DNA of 63,137 nucleotides, filler included, from an uncultured bacterium (GTDB lineage Bacteria; DAOPZR01): assembly GCA_964637655.1 (NCBI GenBank). It is 23 parts of 23 records of this genome, joined end to end, with 100 filler letters (N's around TTAATTAATTAA, not from the genome) between each part and the next. Parts side by side here need not be neighbours in the genome. Positions count along the whole stretch, not along the records: positions 1 to 2,815 come from CAZWUZ010000385.1; positions 2,916 to 5,707 come from CAZWUZ010000386.1; positions 5,808 to 8,579 come from CAZWUZ010000387.1; positions 8,680 to 11,433 come from CAZWUZ010000388.1; 19 more parts are not named here. One strand, written 5' to 3'. Positions 1 to 9,711 of the stretch are shown here, in pieces. The notes below the pieces were generated by a model that did not search any database, was not told where the DNA came from, and saw only the letters and a program-made list of their open reading frames with translations. The stretch's first letter is position 1. Every line of letters starts with the position of its first letter. The translations under genes were made by a program, and so were the position numbers.

Positions 1-5
1 TGCCG

Positions 6-650
6 ATGCCGCCGGCAGCGCAGACGGACACGGATCGCTACCTTTCGCTGATCAGGCCGTACGGGCCGGATACCATCGCGTTGTTCACGGTATCAAAGGA
101 CAGCAGGTATGTGGCGGTCGATGCGCGCTACACTGATTCGTGGACGACTTTGTGCGGCTTTGCCTGTCGCGTCCCGGCCGGCGATATGTATCTGATCGCA
201 CTCGACACGCCGGTGGCAATCCCGCTGACTGCTGATCATGCCGGCATTTCCCCCTCGTGGTCACCGACAGGTAAGCGCCTGGCATTCATTCAGCGCGGCA
301 CGGTAGCAGTTTATGCGCTGCCGGCGAAGCGGTTGAGCCGCCTGTCAGCACTCACCGCGTATCTTCCGGACACGCCAACCAATGAATACGACTATGCGGC
401 ATTTTACCCGCCACCGCCACCCCAGTGGTCGCCGAACGGACGTGCCATTGCCGCCATTGCCAGCAACGGCAGATTCGGATGGCTCGTGGTCGCGAACGCT
501 GAAAACGGAAACCTCATGTACACAACGCGGCATCGTGGACGCGAAATCGGCGAAGTATACAGCCTGCGATGGAACCCGGACAATTCGCTCGGTTTTGACG
601 CCGGTAGCGGGACAATCAATGTGCCATTTGCGGCGTTCGGCAATACATAG
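6..650 (+). CDS. TolB/PD40-like beta-propeller protein (probably 5' partial)
   Basis: PD40-type motifs SPSWSPTGKRLAF, PQWSPNGRAIAAI and LRWNPDN. The frame starts at the window edge. Confidence 0.7.
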   Translation: MPPAAQTDTDRYLSLIRPYGPDTIALFTVSKDSRYVAVDARYTDSWTTLCGFACRVPAGDMYLIALDTPVAIPLTADHAGISPSWSPTGKRLAFIQRGTVAVYALPAKRLSRLSALTAYLPDTPTNEYDYAAFYPPPPPQWSPNGRAIAAIASNGRFGWLVVANAENGNLMYTTRHRGREIGEVYSLRWNPDNSLGFDAGSGTINVPFAAFGNT

Positions 651-688
651 TACAAACGTGCTGATGACGACAAACGTTTACGGAGAGC

Positions 689-2815
689 ATGATGGATAAG
701 CGGCTGCAGCAGGGACTGGTGGTTATCGACGGCGGGTTCGGGACGCTCCTGCAGGCGGCGGGCTTCCCGGCGGGGCACTGCCCCGAGGAGTGGAACCTGT
801 CGCATCCCGACAAGGTCAAGGCCATCCACCGCGATTACGCGGCGGCGGGCGCACTGGTGATGTCGACCAACACCTTCGGGGGAAACCGCGTCAAACCCGC
901 GGAGTCCGGCTGCGAGACGCGCGTGGCGGAGTTCAATGCCGCGGCGGTGCAGTGCGCGAAGCAGGCGGGCGACGCGGTGCTCGTGACGGGCTCCATCGGG
1001 CCCACCGGGCGCCTCATGCCCCCCATGGGGGACTTCACCTTCACCGAGGCGGTGGACGTATTCCGCGAGCAGGCATCGGCGCTGGCCGCTGCCGGCGCTG
1101 ACCTCATCTCGCTGGAGACCTTTGCCGACCTGATGGAGGTACGCGCGGCGTTCATCGGGGCGCGGCGTGCCTGCAATCTTCCCATCATCGTGCAGATGAC
1201 CTACGATGCCAACGGGCGGACGCTCACGGGCTCGACCCCGCAGGTTATCGCGGGCGCATTTTCCTCGTTGTTCCCGCTGGCGGTCGGCTGCAATTGCGGC
1301 ATGGGCCCGCAGCAGATGCTCGGCGTGGTGCATGCCTACGCGGCGGCGGCACTCGCGCCCGTGGTCGCGCTGCCCAATGCAGGACTTCCCGAACTGGTTG
1401 ACGGAAAAACAATGTTCCGCATGAGCCCGGAAGAGTACGCCGAGGGGGCGCTGGAAATCGTCCGCGCGGGGGCGCGCTTCATCGGCGGCTGCTGCGGCAC
1501 GACGCCGGCGCATATCGTGGCGCTGACGAAGCGACTTGGTGAAGTGCAGTGCCCGCCCGACCCGGCAGCCATCAGCGGGACGGTGGTTGCCTCGCGGCGG
1601 CGCGTGGTGGTCTTCGGCACAGGGCATCCGTTCGCGGTTATCGGCGAGCGCATCAACCCGACGGGCAAGCCCGAACTGCAGGAGGCGCTCAAGGCGCAGA
1701 AACTGGACATGGTCGCGCATGAGGCACGCGAGCAGGCGCAGCAGGGGGCACACCTGCTCGACGTCAACGTCGGTGCGCCCGGAGTGGACGAGCAGACGGT
1801 GCTCCCCGCGGCGGTGGCGGCGGTGGAAGGGGCCATCGACCTGCCGCCCGTCATCGACACGACGAATTACGATGCTTTTGTCGCGGCCCTCGCGCGCTGT
1901 CCCGGCAAGCCGCTGGTCAACAGCGTTTCGGCGGAACCCGAGAAACTGGAAAAATGGCTCCCCGTGGTGAAAGAGTTCGGGGCAGCGACCATCGTGCTGG
2001 CGCTGCAGGGTAAATCGCTCCCGGCGAATGTGGCAGAGCGGCTCGCGGCGGTGGAAAAGGTCGTCGACAAGGCGCGGGAGCTGCGCCTCCCGCTGCGCGA
2101 TCTGGTCATCGATGTCCTCGCGCTGACCGTCTCGGCACGGCCTGACGCGGCGCAGCAGGCGCTCGACGCCATCCGCGCGGTCAAGGCGAAATGGCCCGAG
2201 GTGAGCACCTCGCTCGGGGTGAGCAATGTCTCGTTCGGGTTGCCCCGGCGCGGTGATGTCAATGCCGCCTTCCTCGCGCAATGTCTTGCGGCGGGGCTCG
2301 ACGCGGGGATTATCAATCCCGGCGATACGAACCTGATGCGCCTGCTGGCGGGTGCGGAACTGCTGGCGGGACGCGATCAGGGCGCCCGGCGTTTCGTGCG
2401 CGCGGTCTCGGCGACCGGCGGCGAGGCGGGAGATGCGGGGTGGACGAAGGCGGCGCGCGCGGTCATCGACGGCGACACGGACGCGGTGGCGCCCGCCATC
2501 GACGCGGAACTGGCGCGCGGGCGGCAGCCGCTGGCTGTCATCAACGAGGACCTCATCCCCGCCATTACCGAGGTGGGGGAGAAGTACAACCGCGGCGAGT
2601 ATTTCCTCCCGCAACTGATGCTGGCGGCGGAAGCGATGCAGCGGGGATTCGCCATCCTCAAACCGCAACTCGGGGCGGCGGACCGGGCGTCGCGCGGCAC
2701 GGTGGTGCTCGCGACGGTCAAAAACGACATTCACGATATCGGCAAGAATATCGTAAAAGTGATGGTCGAGAACAGCGGCTTTACCGTCATCGACCTGGGC
2801 AAGGATGTCAGTGCG
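689..2815 (+). CDS. metH: Cobalamin-dependent methionine synthase (Hcy-binding, pterin-binding, B12 cap and B12-binding domains), 3' partial
   Basis: DGGFGTLLQ, TNTFG, Zn ligands GCNC and GGCCG, PNAGLP, IGERINPTGK, GVSNVSFGLP, YFLPQL and the B12 motif DIHDIGKNIV. Confidence 0.93.
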
Positions 2816-2915
2816 NNNNNNNNNNNNNNNNNNNNNNNNNNNNNNNNNNNNNNNNNNNNTTAATTAATTAANNNNNNNNNNNNNNNNNNNNNNNNNNNNN
2901 NNNNNNNNNNNNNNN
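2816..2915. other. Artificial contig-join spacer (N44-TTAATTAATTAA-N44); first of 22
   Basis: Identical 100-nt spacers with stops in all six frames also start at 5708, 8580, 11434, 14269, 17096, 19912, 22714, 25508, 28277, 31037, 33796, 36553, 39302, 42023, 44695, 47363, 50011, 52656, 55284, 57903 and 60521. Contig lengths fall steadily from 2815 to 2517 nt. Confidence 0.99.
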
Positions 2916-2979
2916 CCACATCGCCGGTCAGCACGCCGCCCGTTGCCAGCGCCGCGTAGCCCGCGGTCAGCTGCGGCAT
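2916..2979 (-). CDS. murF: Probable N-terminus of MurF (fragment)
   Basis: ATG at 2979 overlaps the murE 3' end. MPQLTAGYAALATGGVLTGD resembles MurF N-termini and sits at the canonical dcw position. Only about 21 codons are visible. Confidence 0.55.
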
Positions 2980-4460
2980 GCCGCCACCTCCTCGCGCGCC
3001 ACGGCCACGTCGCTGAACGGCCGCTTCTCCGTGCCGATAATCTGGTATTCCTCGTGTCCCTTGCCGGCGATCAGCACCGTATCGCCGTCACGCGCCTCAC
3101 GCACCGCCAGCGCGATTGCCGCCCGCCGGTCGGGTTCCACCCGGTACGGCATGGTCGCGTCCATCCCCGCCACGATCTCCGTGATGATCGCCTGCGGGTC
3201 CTCCGTGCGCGGGTTGTCCGACGTCACAATGGCCAGGTCGCTGCCGCGCCCGGCGATCCCCCCCATCAGCGGACGTTTGCTGCGGTCGCGGTCGCCGCCG
3301 CAGCCGAACACGGTCAGTACCCGCCCGCGGGTGCACTCGCGCACTGCCGCCACGGCTTTATCCAGCGCGTCAGGAGTGTGCGCGTAATCGACGAGGATGG
3401 TGAAGGGCGCCCGCACCGCGACGCGTTCCAGCCGCCCGGCCACCTGCGGCGCCCGCTGCAGGCCGTCGACGATGGCTTTCGCCGGGGCACCGACCGCGTA
3501 CGCCGCCGCCGCCGCCGCCAGCGCGTTGGCAATATTGTGCCGCGCCAGCAGCGGCAGTTCCAGCACCTGGCGCTCGCCGTCAAGGCGCAGCATGAACCGG
3601 CTGCCGCGTGCCGTCAGCGCGATTTCCTCCGCCGCCACCGTCGCCCCGCGCCGGCGCCCGCCGTCGCTGCTGAAGGTGATGATGCGCCCGCCCGCTTCGC
3701 CGGCGAGGCGCGCCCCGTAGTCGTCGTCGAGATTGACCACCGCCGCGCTCTCCGGGCCGCGCCGTTGCGCGAATATCCTGCGCTTGGCCGCGAAGTACGT
3801 CTCCATGTCATGATGGTAGTCGAGATGGTCGCGCGTCAGGTTGGTAAATACCGCCGCGTCGAGCGGCAGCCCCTCGACCCGCCGCTGGTCGAGCGCGTGC
3901 GAGGAGATTTCCATCGCCGCCGTCTGCACCCCCGCCGCCACCGCCTCCTGCAGGAACGCCAGCAGGGTCAGCAGGTCGGGCGTGGTGTTGGGCGCCGGCC
4001 GGTCGGTATTGCCGATGCGGTAGGCGATGGTGCCGATCACCGCCGTGCGCCGGCAGCGCGCCGCCTCGATGCTCTCGAGCAGATGCGTGGTCGTCGTTTT
4101 GCCGTTGGTGCCGGTGATGCCGATGGTCGTCAGCGCCCGCTCGGGATGGCCGAACCAGCGCGGGGCGATGACCGCCAGCGCCGCCACCGGGTCGTCCGCG
4201 ATGAGCAGCGCCGGCCAGCCGGCGCCCGCCGCCGCAGCATCGGCGACCAGCGCCGCCACCGCTCCCTGCGCCCGCGCCTGCGCGAGGTACCGGTGCCCGT
4301 CGACCCGCGTGCCGCGCAGGCAGACGAAGAGCGTTCCCGCCCGCACCTGCCGGGAATCGGCGGTGAGGTGGCTGATGACGACGCTGCCGTCGCCCTGCAG
4401 CGCGCACGGTGCTCCCTGCGCCAGCGCGCCCAGTTGCCTTGTCGTTGCGTCCCCTCCCAT
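2967..4460 (-). CDS. murE: UDP-N-acetylmuramoyl-L-alanyl-D-glutamate--2,6-diaminopimelate ligase
   Basis: GITGTNGKTTT, NTTPD, MEISSHALDQ, FTNLTRDHLDYH, DYAHTPDAL, FGCGGDRD, DNPR (meso-DAP specificity motif) and AGKGHE. Confidence 0.97.
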   Translation of the reverse strand: MGGDATTRQLGALAQGAPCALQGDGSVVISHLTADSRQVRAGTLFVCLRGTRVDGHRYLAQARAQGAVAALVADAAAAGAGWPALLIADDPVAALAVIAPRWFGHPERALTTIGITGTNGKTTTTHLLESIEAARCRRTAVIGTIAYRIGNTDRPAPNTTPDLLTLLAFLQEAVAAGVQTAAMEISSHALDQRRVEGLPLDAAVFTNLTRDHLDYHHDMETYFAAKRRIFAQRRGPESAAVVNLDDDYGARLAGEAGGRIITFSSDGGRRRGATVAAEEIALTARGSRFMLRLDGERQVLELPLLARHNIANALAAAAAAYAVGAPAKAIVDGLQRAPQVAGRLERVAVRAPFTILVDYAHTPDALDKAVAAVRECTRGRVLTVFGCGGDRDRSKRPLMGGIAGRGSDLAIVTSDNPRTEDPQAIITEIVAGMDATMPYRVEPDRRAAIALAVREARDGDTVLIAGKGHEEYQIIGTEKRPFSDVAVAREEVAACRS

Positions 4461-4494
4461 GTATCCCCCACGCGGCCTGCGCCGCGGTCCATCG

Positions 4495-4935
4495 TCAGCC
4501 CTGCGTTGTCTCCCGCTCCGGCCGCCCGAGCAGCGCCAGCAACCGGCCCATCAGCGTGCGCGGTGCCGCCGCCACCGCCGGGGCCGGCGCGGCGGTTGCC
4601 GCCGGCCGCACGAAGAGCAGCACCACCCGCTGGTCGTCCGGCAGCACCATGCCGAGCTGCGTCGAGGCGACCTGCATGATCCGCTCCGGATTCGCCAGCG
4701 CCTGCACTTCGCTCGTCAGCAGGTTCTGCTCGTTTTCGAGCCGCCCCTGCTCCTGCTGCAGTTGCCGGCACTGGTAGCGCAGGTCGTTGTACCTGACCCG
4801 CGTATGTACCAGCGCCAGAATCACCAGCAGGACCAGCCCGAGGATGGTCATATAGCCCCCGAGCATCCGGACCCCGCCCGTTGCCGCGCTGTCGTCCACG
4901 CGGCTCTGCACGCGTCGCCGCCGTGCCTGTGCCAT
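4495..4935 (-). CDS. ftsL: Cell division protein FtsL-like
   Basis: One TM helix, a coiled coil and the LANPERIMQVASTQLGM motif, directly downstream of rsmH. Confidence 0.8.
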   Translation of the reverse strand: MAQARRRRVQSRVDDSAATGGVRMLGGYMTILGLVLLVILALVHTRVRYNDLRYQCRQLQQEQGRLENEQNLLTSEVQALANPERIMQVASTQLGMVLPDDQRVVLLFVRPAATAAPAPAVAAAPRTLMGRLLALLGRPERETTQG

Positions 4936-5054
4936 GTCTCTGCTCCGTCTGCTGCCGTGTCTGGCCTGTCCGTGGCCGTCTGTGTCTCGTGCCGTGTCTG
5001 CACTGCCGTGTACGCGCCCCTCCCCGGGGCACGGGCGCCGTCAGGCGCCGCTGT

Positions 5055-5707
5055 TCATACCTTTTCCGCCACCCGCAACCGCGCGCTGCGCGCGCGCGGG
5101 TTCGCGGCAATTTCCGCGTCGTCCGCGTGTTCCGCGCCGCGCGTGATGGCGCGCAGCCAGGGACGCCGCCCGCACCCGCACTGCGCCAGTGCCGGCGGAC
5201 AGATGCAGCCGCGCGTCCCGTCGCGGAACACCGCCTTGACCGTGCGGTCCTCCAGCGAGTGATACGCAATCACCGCGAGCCGCCCGCCCGGCGCCAGCTT
5301 GTCCAGCCAGGCGCGCAGCGCCTCGTCCCAGCCGTCCAGTTCCCCGTTTACCGCGATGCGCAGCGCCTGAAAGACGCGCGCCAGTTCCTTGTCCCGCCGC
5401 GGTCCCGCCGGCAACGCCGCCTGCGCTGCTGCCGCCAGTGCTGCCGTGGTGGTCAGCGGCCGCGCCGCCAGCAGCGCCTGCGCCAGCCGCAGCGCGCGCG
5501 GCAGTTCACCATACTCGCGCAGCACCCGCGCCAGCTTCTCCGCGTCCGCGCGCTCCAGCCATTGCGCCGCGTTCACTCCCCGCGTCCGGTCGAAACGCAT
5601 GTCGAGCGGTCCGTCCAGGCGGAACGCGAACCCGCGCGCCGCGTCGTCGAGTTGCCGCGACGACAGTCCCACGTCGAGCAGCACGCCCTGTACCGGCCCG
5701 TCGACCG
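5055..5707 (-). CDS. rsmH: 16S rRNA m4C1402 methyltransferase RsmH/MraW, 5' partial
   Basis: DVGLSSRQLD, GPLDMRFD, FQALRIAVNGEL, YHSLEDR and NPRARSARLR. Confidence 0.96.
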
Positions 5708-5807
5708 NNNNNNNNNNNNNNNNNNNNNNNNNNNNNNNNNNNNNNNNNNNNTTAATTAATTAANNNNNNNNNNNNNNNNNNNNNNNNNNNNNNNNNNNNN
5801 NNNNNNN

Positions 5808-6210
5808 CTACCGCGCCGCGCTGCAGCTCGACCCGGCCCACCCGGAAGTGCTGAACAATCTCGCCTATCTCTACGCGGACCTGGGGGTGCACCTCGACGA
5901 GGCGGAGACCATGACCCGCGCGGCGATGCGGGTTGACGCCTTGCGCGAGGGGTACTACCGCGATACGCTCGGCTGGGTGCTGTACCGCAAGGGGAATTAC
6001 GCCGCCGCGCGTGACGAATTGCAGCGCGCGCTCGCCTACCGCGAGACGGCGGAACGGCATTACCACCTCGGCGTGACGTACCGCGCGCTGGGGCTGCAGG
6101 ACGACGCGATCCGTCACCTGATGACGGCGCGCACGCTGGCGGCCGGCGGTACGCTGGCCGCGGAAATCACGCGACACCTGGCGGAGCTGCAAAGCCCGCC
6201 GGCACGGTGA
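5808..6210 (+). CDS. TPR protein, 5' partial
   Basis: TPR motifs LNNLAYLYA, YRDTLGWVLYRKG and HYHLGVTYRALG. Confidence 0.85.
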
Positions 6211-6223
6211 AACGGAGACGACG

Positions 6224-8215
6224 ATGAAACGGATGGCGACAGCGATGACGATACTCCTGCTGCTGGGACTGACGTTCCCGGCGGTGGCGGACGAGGCGGC
6301 GGAGCGGGCGGCGCAGGCGCGCTCGCACTTCTCGCTCGGGGCGAGTCAGCACCGGCGCGGTGATTTCGCGGCGGCGGCGGACGAGTCTCGCACGGCGAGC
6401 GTGCGCGCCTACCACATAAACCTCGGCTCTGCGCTGGAATGCGCGGGCGACGCCGGCGGCGCGGCGGCGGCCTACCGCCGCGCGCTGGAACTCTCGCCCA
6501 ACGCCTCCTTCGTGCTGCAGCGGCTGGGGATGCTGGCCTACCAGGCGAACGACCTGCCCGGCGCGCAGCGCTACCTCGAGCAGGCGCGGACACTGGAGCC
6601 GGACAACGGCGAGCATGCCTACAACCTCGCGCTGGTGCACTACCGGCAGCAGCGGTATGACGCGGCGGCGGCGGCGCTGCAGCAGGCGCTGGACAAGGGG
6701 TTTGTCAATTACCAGGTGTACTATAATCTCGGGCTGGCGGAGTTCCACCGCGAGCGCCTCGAGGCGGCCATCGCCGCCTACCAGCAGTCGCTGCGCCTCA
6801 AGAGCGACGAGCCGATGGTGCACCTCAATCTCGGGCTTGCGTATCGCAAGCAGGGGAACCTCGACGCGGCGGTGCATGAGTACCGCACTGTGCTGCGGCT
6901 CGACCCGCGCTCGGTGAGCGCGCACATCAACCTCGGGGTGGTCTACCGCCTGCAGGGGAAGACGGAGCAGGCGGCGGAGGAATACCGCGCCGCGCTGGCG
7001 CTCGACCCGCAGAACCGCGCGGCCCAGGAGAATCTCGCGCTGCTCGAACGCGGGCCGGTCATCACGGCGCCCGCCCCGGCCCCGCGGATGGTGGCCGCAG
7101 CGCCGGCGGAAACGCGCCCGGCCGCGGTGACGGCCGCGCGCCCGGTGACGCCGGCGGAGACCCGCCCGGTGGCAGCAGCACGCCCGGCAGCGGCAGCGGA
7201 AACGCGGCCGGCAGTCACGGTGGCGGCACGCCCGGCAGTGCCGGCGGAAACGCGGACAGCAACCCCGGCACCGGCGGCCGCGACACCGGCGACAGGTCCG
7301 GAAACGCTCGACGCGCAGATTGCGCGGCTGCAGGCGGAGGTGACTGCGGCCAACCGGCGTGCGGTCGAATCGCTGCAGTCGGCGCGGCAGGCGCAGCAGC
7401 AGATGACGCAGTTGCAGGCGGAACTGCGCGACCCGACCCGCACGGCGGGGATGCCGACGGCGGAGGAACTGGTGCGCGAAAACCTGCGCCTGCGCGAGGA
7501 GGTCGCGCAGATGCGCGCGCAGGGGCGCACCGATGCGGGGACGGAACTGGAAACGCTGCGGCGTGATGCGGCGACGGCGCGCGAGCGCGCGGCGGTGCTC
7601 AAGGAGAAACTCGATCAGACGCTGCAGGACCTGCAGAACACCTACGGCAGCTACCGCGAGGCGGAGCGGCGCGAACTGACGGCCAACACCGAGGCGGCGG
7701 CTAAACTCGACGCGCTGCGCGCGGAACTGGCGCAGGCACAGGCGTCGGCGGCGACTTCGGGCGAGCGCCTGCAGCGGCTCGAACGCGAACTGGAACTGCT
7801 GCGCCAGTCCTACGGCGAGAAACTGCGCGTGCTCGACGCACAGGTGCGCGAGACGCAGCAGGATGCCGGGCAGCGCGTGGTCGACCTGCAGGCGGAAATC
7901 GCCCGCCTGCAGCAGCAGGCGCAGCGCGAACATGAACTCTACGTCGCCTCGACCGAGCATATCCGCCGGCTCGAAGAGACGGTGCGCGGGCGCTGGTCGC
8001 GCCGCGTCAATCTCAACACGGCGACGCGCGAGGAACTGGCGACGGTCCCGGCACTGACCGGTGCGGTCATCGACAATCTCCTCTGGTACCGCCAGAATAT
8101 CGGGCCGTTCACCAGCGTCGACGAACTGCAGCATGTGCCCGGTCTCGACCGCCGCACCTACCAGGACGCGGTCGACTATGTCGAGGTCGGCTCGCCCGCG
8201 GGAGCAGCGCGGTGA
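6224..8215 (+). CDS. Secreted protein: TPR array, Ala/Pro linker, coiled coil and C-terminal ComEA-type helix-hairpin-helix domain
   Basis: Signal peptide (AVA-DE), about 7 TPRs, AETRP repeats, a long coiled coil, and the C-terminal VNLNTATREELATVPAL...GPFTSVDELQHVPGL. Confidence 0.85.
   Translation: MKRMATAMTILLLLGLTFPAVADEAAERAAQARSHFSLGASQHRRGDFAAAADESRTASVRAYHINLGSALECAGDAGGAAAAYRRALELSPNASFVLQRLGMLAYQANDLPGAQRYLEQARTLEPDNGEHAYNLALVHYRQQRYDAAAAALQQALDKGFVNYQVYYNLGLAEFHRERLEAAIAAYQQSLRLKSDEPMVHLNLGLAYRKQGNLDAAVHEYRTVLRLDPRSVSAHINLGVVYRLQGKTEQAAEEYRAALALDPQNRAAQENLALLERGPVITAPAPAPRMVAAAPAETRPAAVTAARPVTPAETRPVAAARPAAAAETRPAVTVAARPAVPAETRTATPAPAAATPATGPETLDAQIARLQAEVTAANRRAVESLQSARQAQQQMTQLQAELRDPTRTAGMPTAEELVRENLRLREEVAQMRAQGRTDAGTELETLRRDAATARERAAVLKEKLDQTLQDLQNTYGSYREAERRELTANTEAAAKLDALRAELAQAQASAATSGERLQRLERELELLRQSYGEKLRVLDAQVRETQQDAGQRVVDLQAEIARLQQQAQREHELYVASTEHIRRLEETVRGRWSRRVNLNTATREELATVPALTGAVIDNLLWYRQNIGPFTSVDELQHVPGLDRRTYQDAVDYVEVGSPAGAAR
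7103..7270 (+). repeat. Intragenic degenerate repeats encoding four AETR(P/T) units
   Basis: GCGGA(A/G)AC(G/C)CG recurs four times at about 42-48 nt spacing in the linker. Confidence 0.7.
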
Positions 8216-8579
8216 GACGGCTGCTGACTGTCGCGCTGCTCGGGGTACTGCTGGCCGCGTTGCCCGCGGCGGCGGATACCGGTGCCGCGGCGGCGGCGGC
8301 GGAGAACGCGCGGCTGCTCAACCGCGTGCAGCTCATCGTCGAGCGGGCGCTGGCGGAACAGCGGCGGCTCGAGGGTGAGGCGGAACTCCGCTTCCTGCAG
8401 CAGCGCACGGACCATGCCCGGCAGCTGGCGGCACTGCAGGCGGAAAACGACCGCCTGCGGCAGGCCGGCGGCACGCCGGCAGTGACGGCTCCGCCGGCGC
8501 CACCGGCGGCCGGCGGCGTGCCGGCGGCGGAACTCGAACAGCAGCTGGCGGCAGTGCATGATGTCGCCGCGCAACTGGC
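8212..8579 (+). CDS. Secreted coiled-coil hypothetical protein, 3' partial
   Basis: GTGA overlap with the upstream stop, signal peptide and coiled coil. Confidence 0.75.
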
Positions 8580-8690
8580 NNNNNNNNNNNNNNNNNNNNN
8601 NNNNNNNNNNNNNNNNNNNNNNNTTAATTAATTAANNNNNNNNNNNNNNNNNNNNNNNNNNNNNNNNNNNNNNNNNNNNATTTAATCCGT

Positions 8691-9452
8691 ATGATCGCTC
8701 TTGCGATATTGTCAGGAATTGCTACATTAGCACTATATCATTTCCCCCATAAGAAACCGGTCGTTCTTACGCCCATCGGAGAACAATATGGTGTACCAAC
8801 AATAGACCTTAGGAATGTCAAGTTTAACGAAATGGATACGGATGTTGCGCGTCTAATAAACCCGTTTCGTTTTTACAGTTCACCCCATCCAACCTATGAA
8901 GAATTCGTGAAGTATATGATAAATGAGAAGGGTATTCGACTAGACAGGACAATTGCTGATGTAGACCCTATTTTCTACCAAATGTATTTCCTGGGCGCAA
9001 GTATTTCTGATCAAAGCGCAGCACTGATCCGCACACTAATTGAGAATGGAGCAAGAGTGAATTGTACTAACGGAGCCGATAAATATACTCCGCTCATGTA
9101 TGCAACATGGCGAGCGTCCGTCGGGCTGATTGAATACTTGCTTGAACGCGGCGCGGATCCCAATGAATGTACAGTCAATGGAACCACACCGCTAATGTTA
9201 GCAACAAAGAGAAAACGATTAGATGTCGCGCGAATCTTGATCGCTGCCGGTGCTAAATTGAATGCCCAAGATAATAATGGTTGGACAGCTATTATGTGGG
9301 CGGCATTCGTAAAAGATCAGAATCTCGAGAACTACTACATTGAACAAGGAGCTGATAAAACCGGTGTAGAGCAAGTTCGGCCAATTCCAGGCGGCGATGA
9401 TTGGGGTAAGCCGCGAGTAATCTGTAATTATCTAAGTCACCCTAGTTTCTAA
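8691..9452 (+). CDS. Ankyrin-repeat protein (AT-rich, possibly 5' partial)
   Basis: Ankyrin motifs YTPLMYA...LLERGADPN, GTTPLMLA...LIAAGAKLNAQDNNGWTAIMWA. N-terminal hydrophobic segment. Much more AT-rich than the flanking genes. Confidence 0.92.
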   Translation: MIALAILSGIATLALYHFPHKKPVVLTPIGEQYGVPTIDLRNVKFNEMDTDVARLINPFRFYSSPHPTYEEFVKYMINEKGIRLDRTIADVDPIFYQMYFLGASISDQSAALIRTLIENGARVNCTNGADKYTPLMYATWRASVGLIEYLLERGADPNECTVNGTTPLMLATKRKRLDVARILIAAGAKLNAQDNNGWTAIMWAAFVKDQNLENYYIEQGADKTGVEQVRPIPGGDDWGKPRVICNYLSHPSF

Positions 9453-9511
9453 CTTCGCGCTTCTGCGCTTCGCCGCTGGCGCGGCTCGACGCAGAGCGCT
9501 AATCGTAGGGG
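9447..9511 (+). mobile_element. attC-like integron cassette recombination site (degenerate R')
   Basis: TTCTAAC (R''-like, contains the ankyrin stop codon), imperfect stem GCGCTTCTGCG / CGCAGAGCGC with one extrahelical base, and terminal GTAGGGG instead of GTTRRRY. Confidence 0.55.
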
Positions 9512-9557
9512 TAGTGATTATTACGCGATCTGTAATCGTCGCTCATCAGTACGTCAG

Positions 9558-9586
9558 ATGCCCCATAAATGCCCCACAAAAATGCC
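9558..9586. repeat. Short direct repeats (ATGCCCCA x2 plus a partial third), candidate integrase arm-type sites
   Basis: ATGCCCCATAAATGCCCCACAAAAATGCC with 11-nt period, about 50-80 nt from the att core. Confidence 0.45.
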
Positions 9587-9634
9587 TTTGGCAATATAAC
9601 CGACTGGCAATAAAGCTTTAGTGATTATTATTGA

Positions 9635-9662
9635 AGGGGTTCGACTCCCCTCGCCTCCACCA
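9635..9662 (+). mobile_element. Isolated tmRNA (ssrA) 3' end; probable att site of an integrative element
   Basis: AGGGG-TTCGACT-CCCCT T-arm, then CGCCTCC-A-CCA (Ala-type acceptor, U70 implies G3.U70). No matching 5' half lies upstream. Confidence 0.8.
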
Positions 9663-9711
9663 CTTACTTTTGCACTTCCAGACAACAACCTCATATGCTC
9701 ACATGATCCGT

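Noticed and set aside
404-2734. Long antisense ORFs (also 6167-8134, 25709-27388, 29217-31088, 31812-33770, 47411-49678, 50410-52707)
   Set aside because: These are shadow frames of GC-rich genes on the opposite strand and carry no motifs.
2860-2871. TTAATTAATTAA recurring about every 2.7 kb
   Set aside because: It is an artificial six-frame stop linker inside N runs, not a biological repeat.
9590-9662. Complete tRNA-Ala or tmRNA gene
   Set aside because: No complementary 5' acceptor strand, D arm or anticodon arm upstream. Only the 3' fragment is present.
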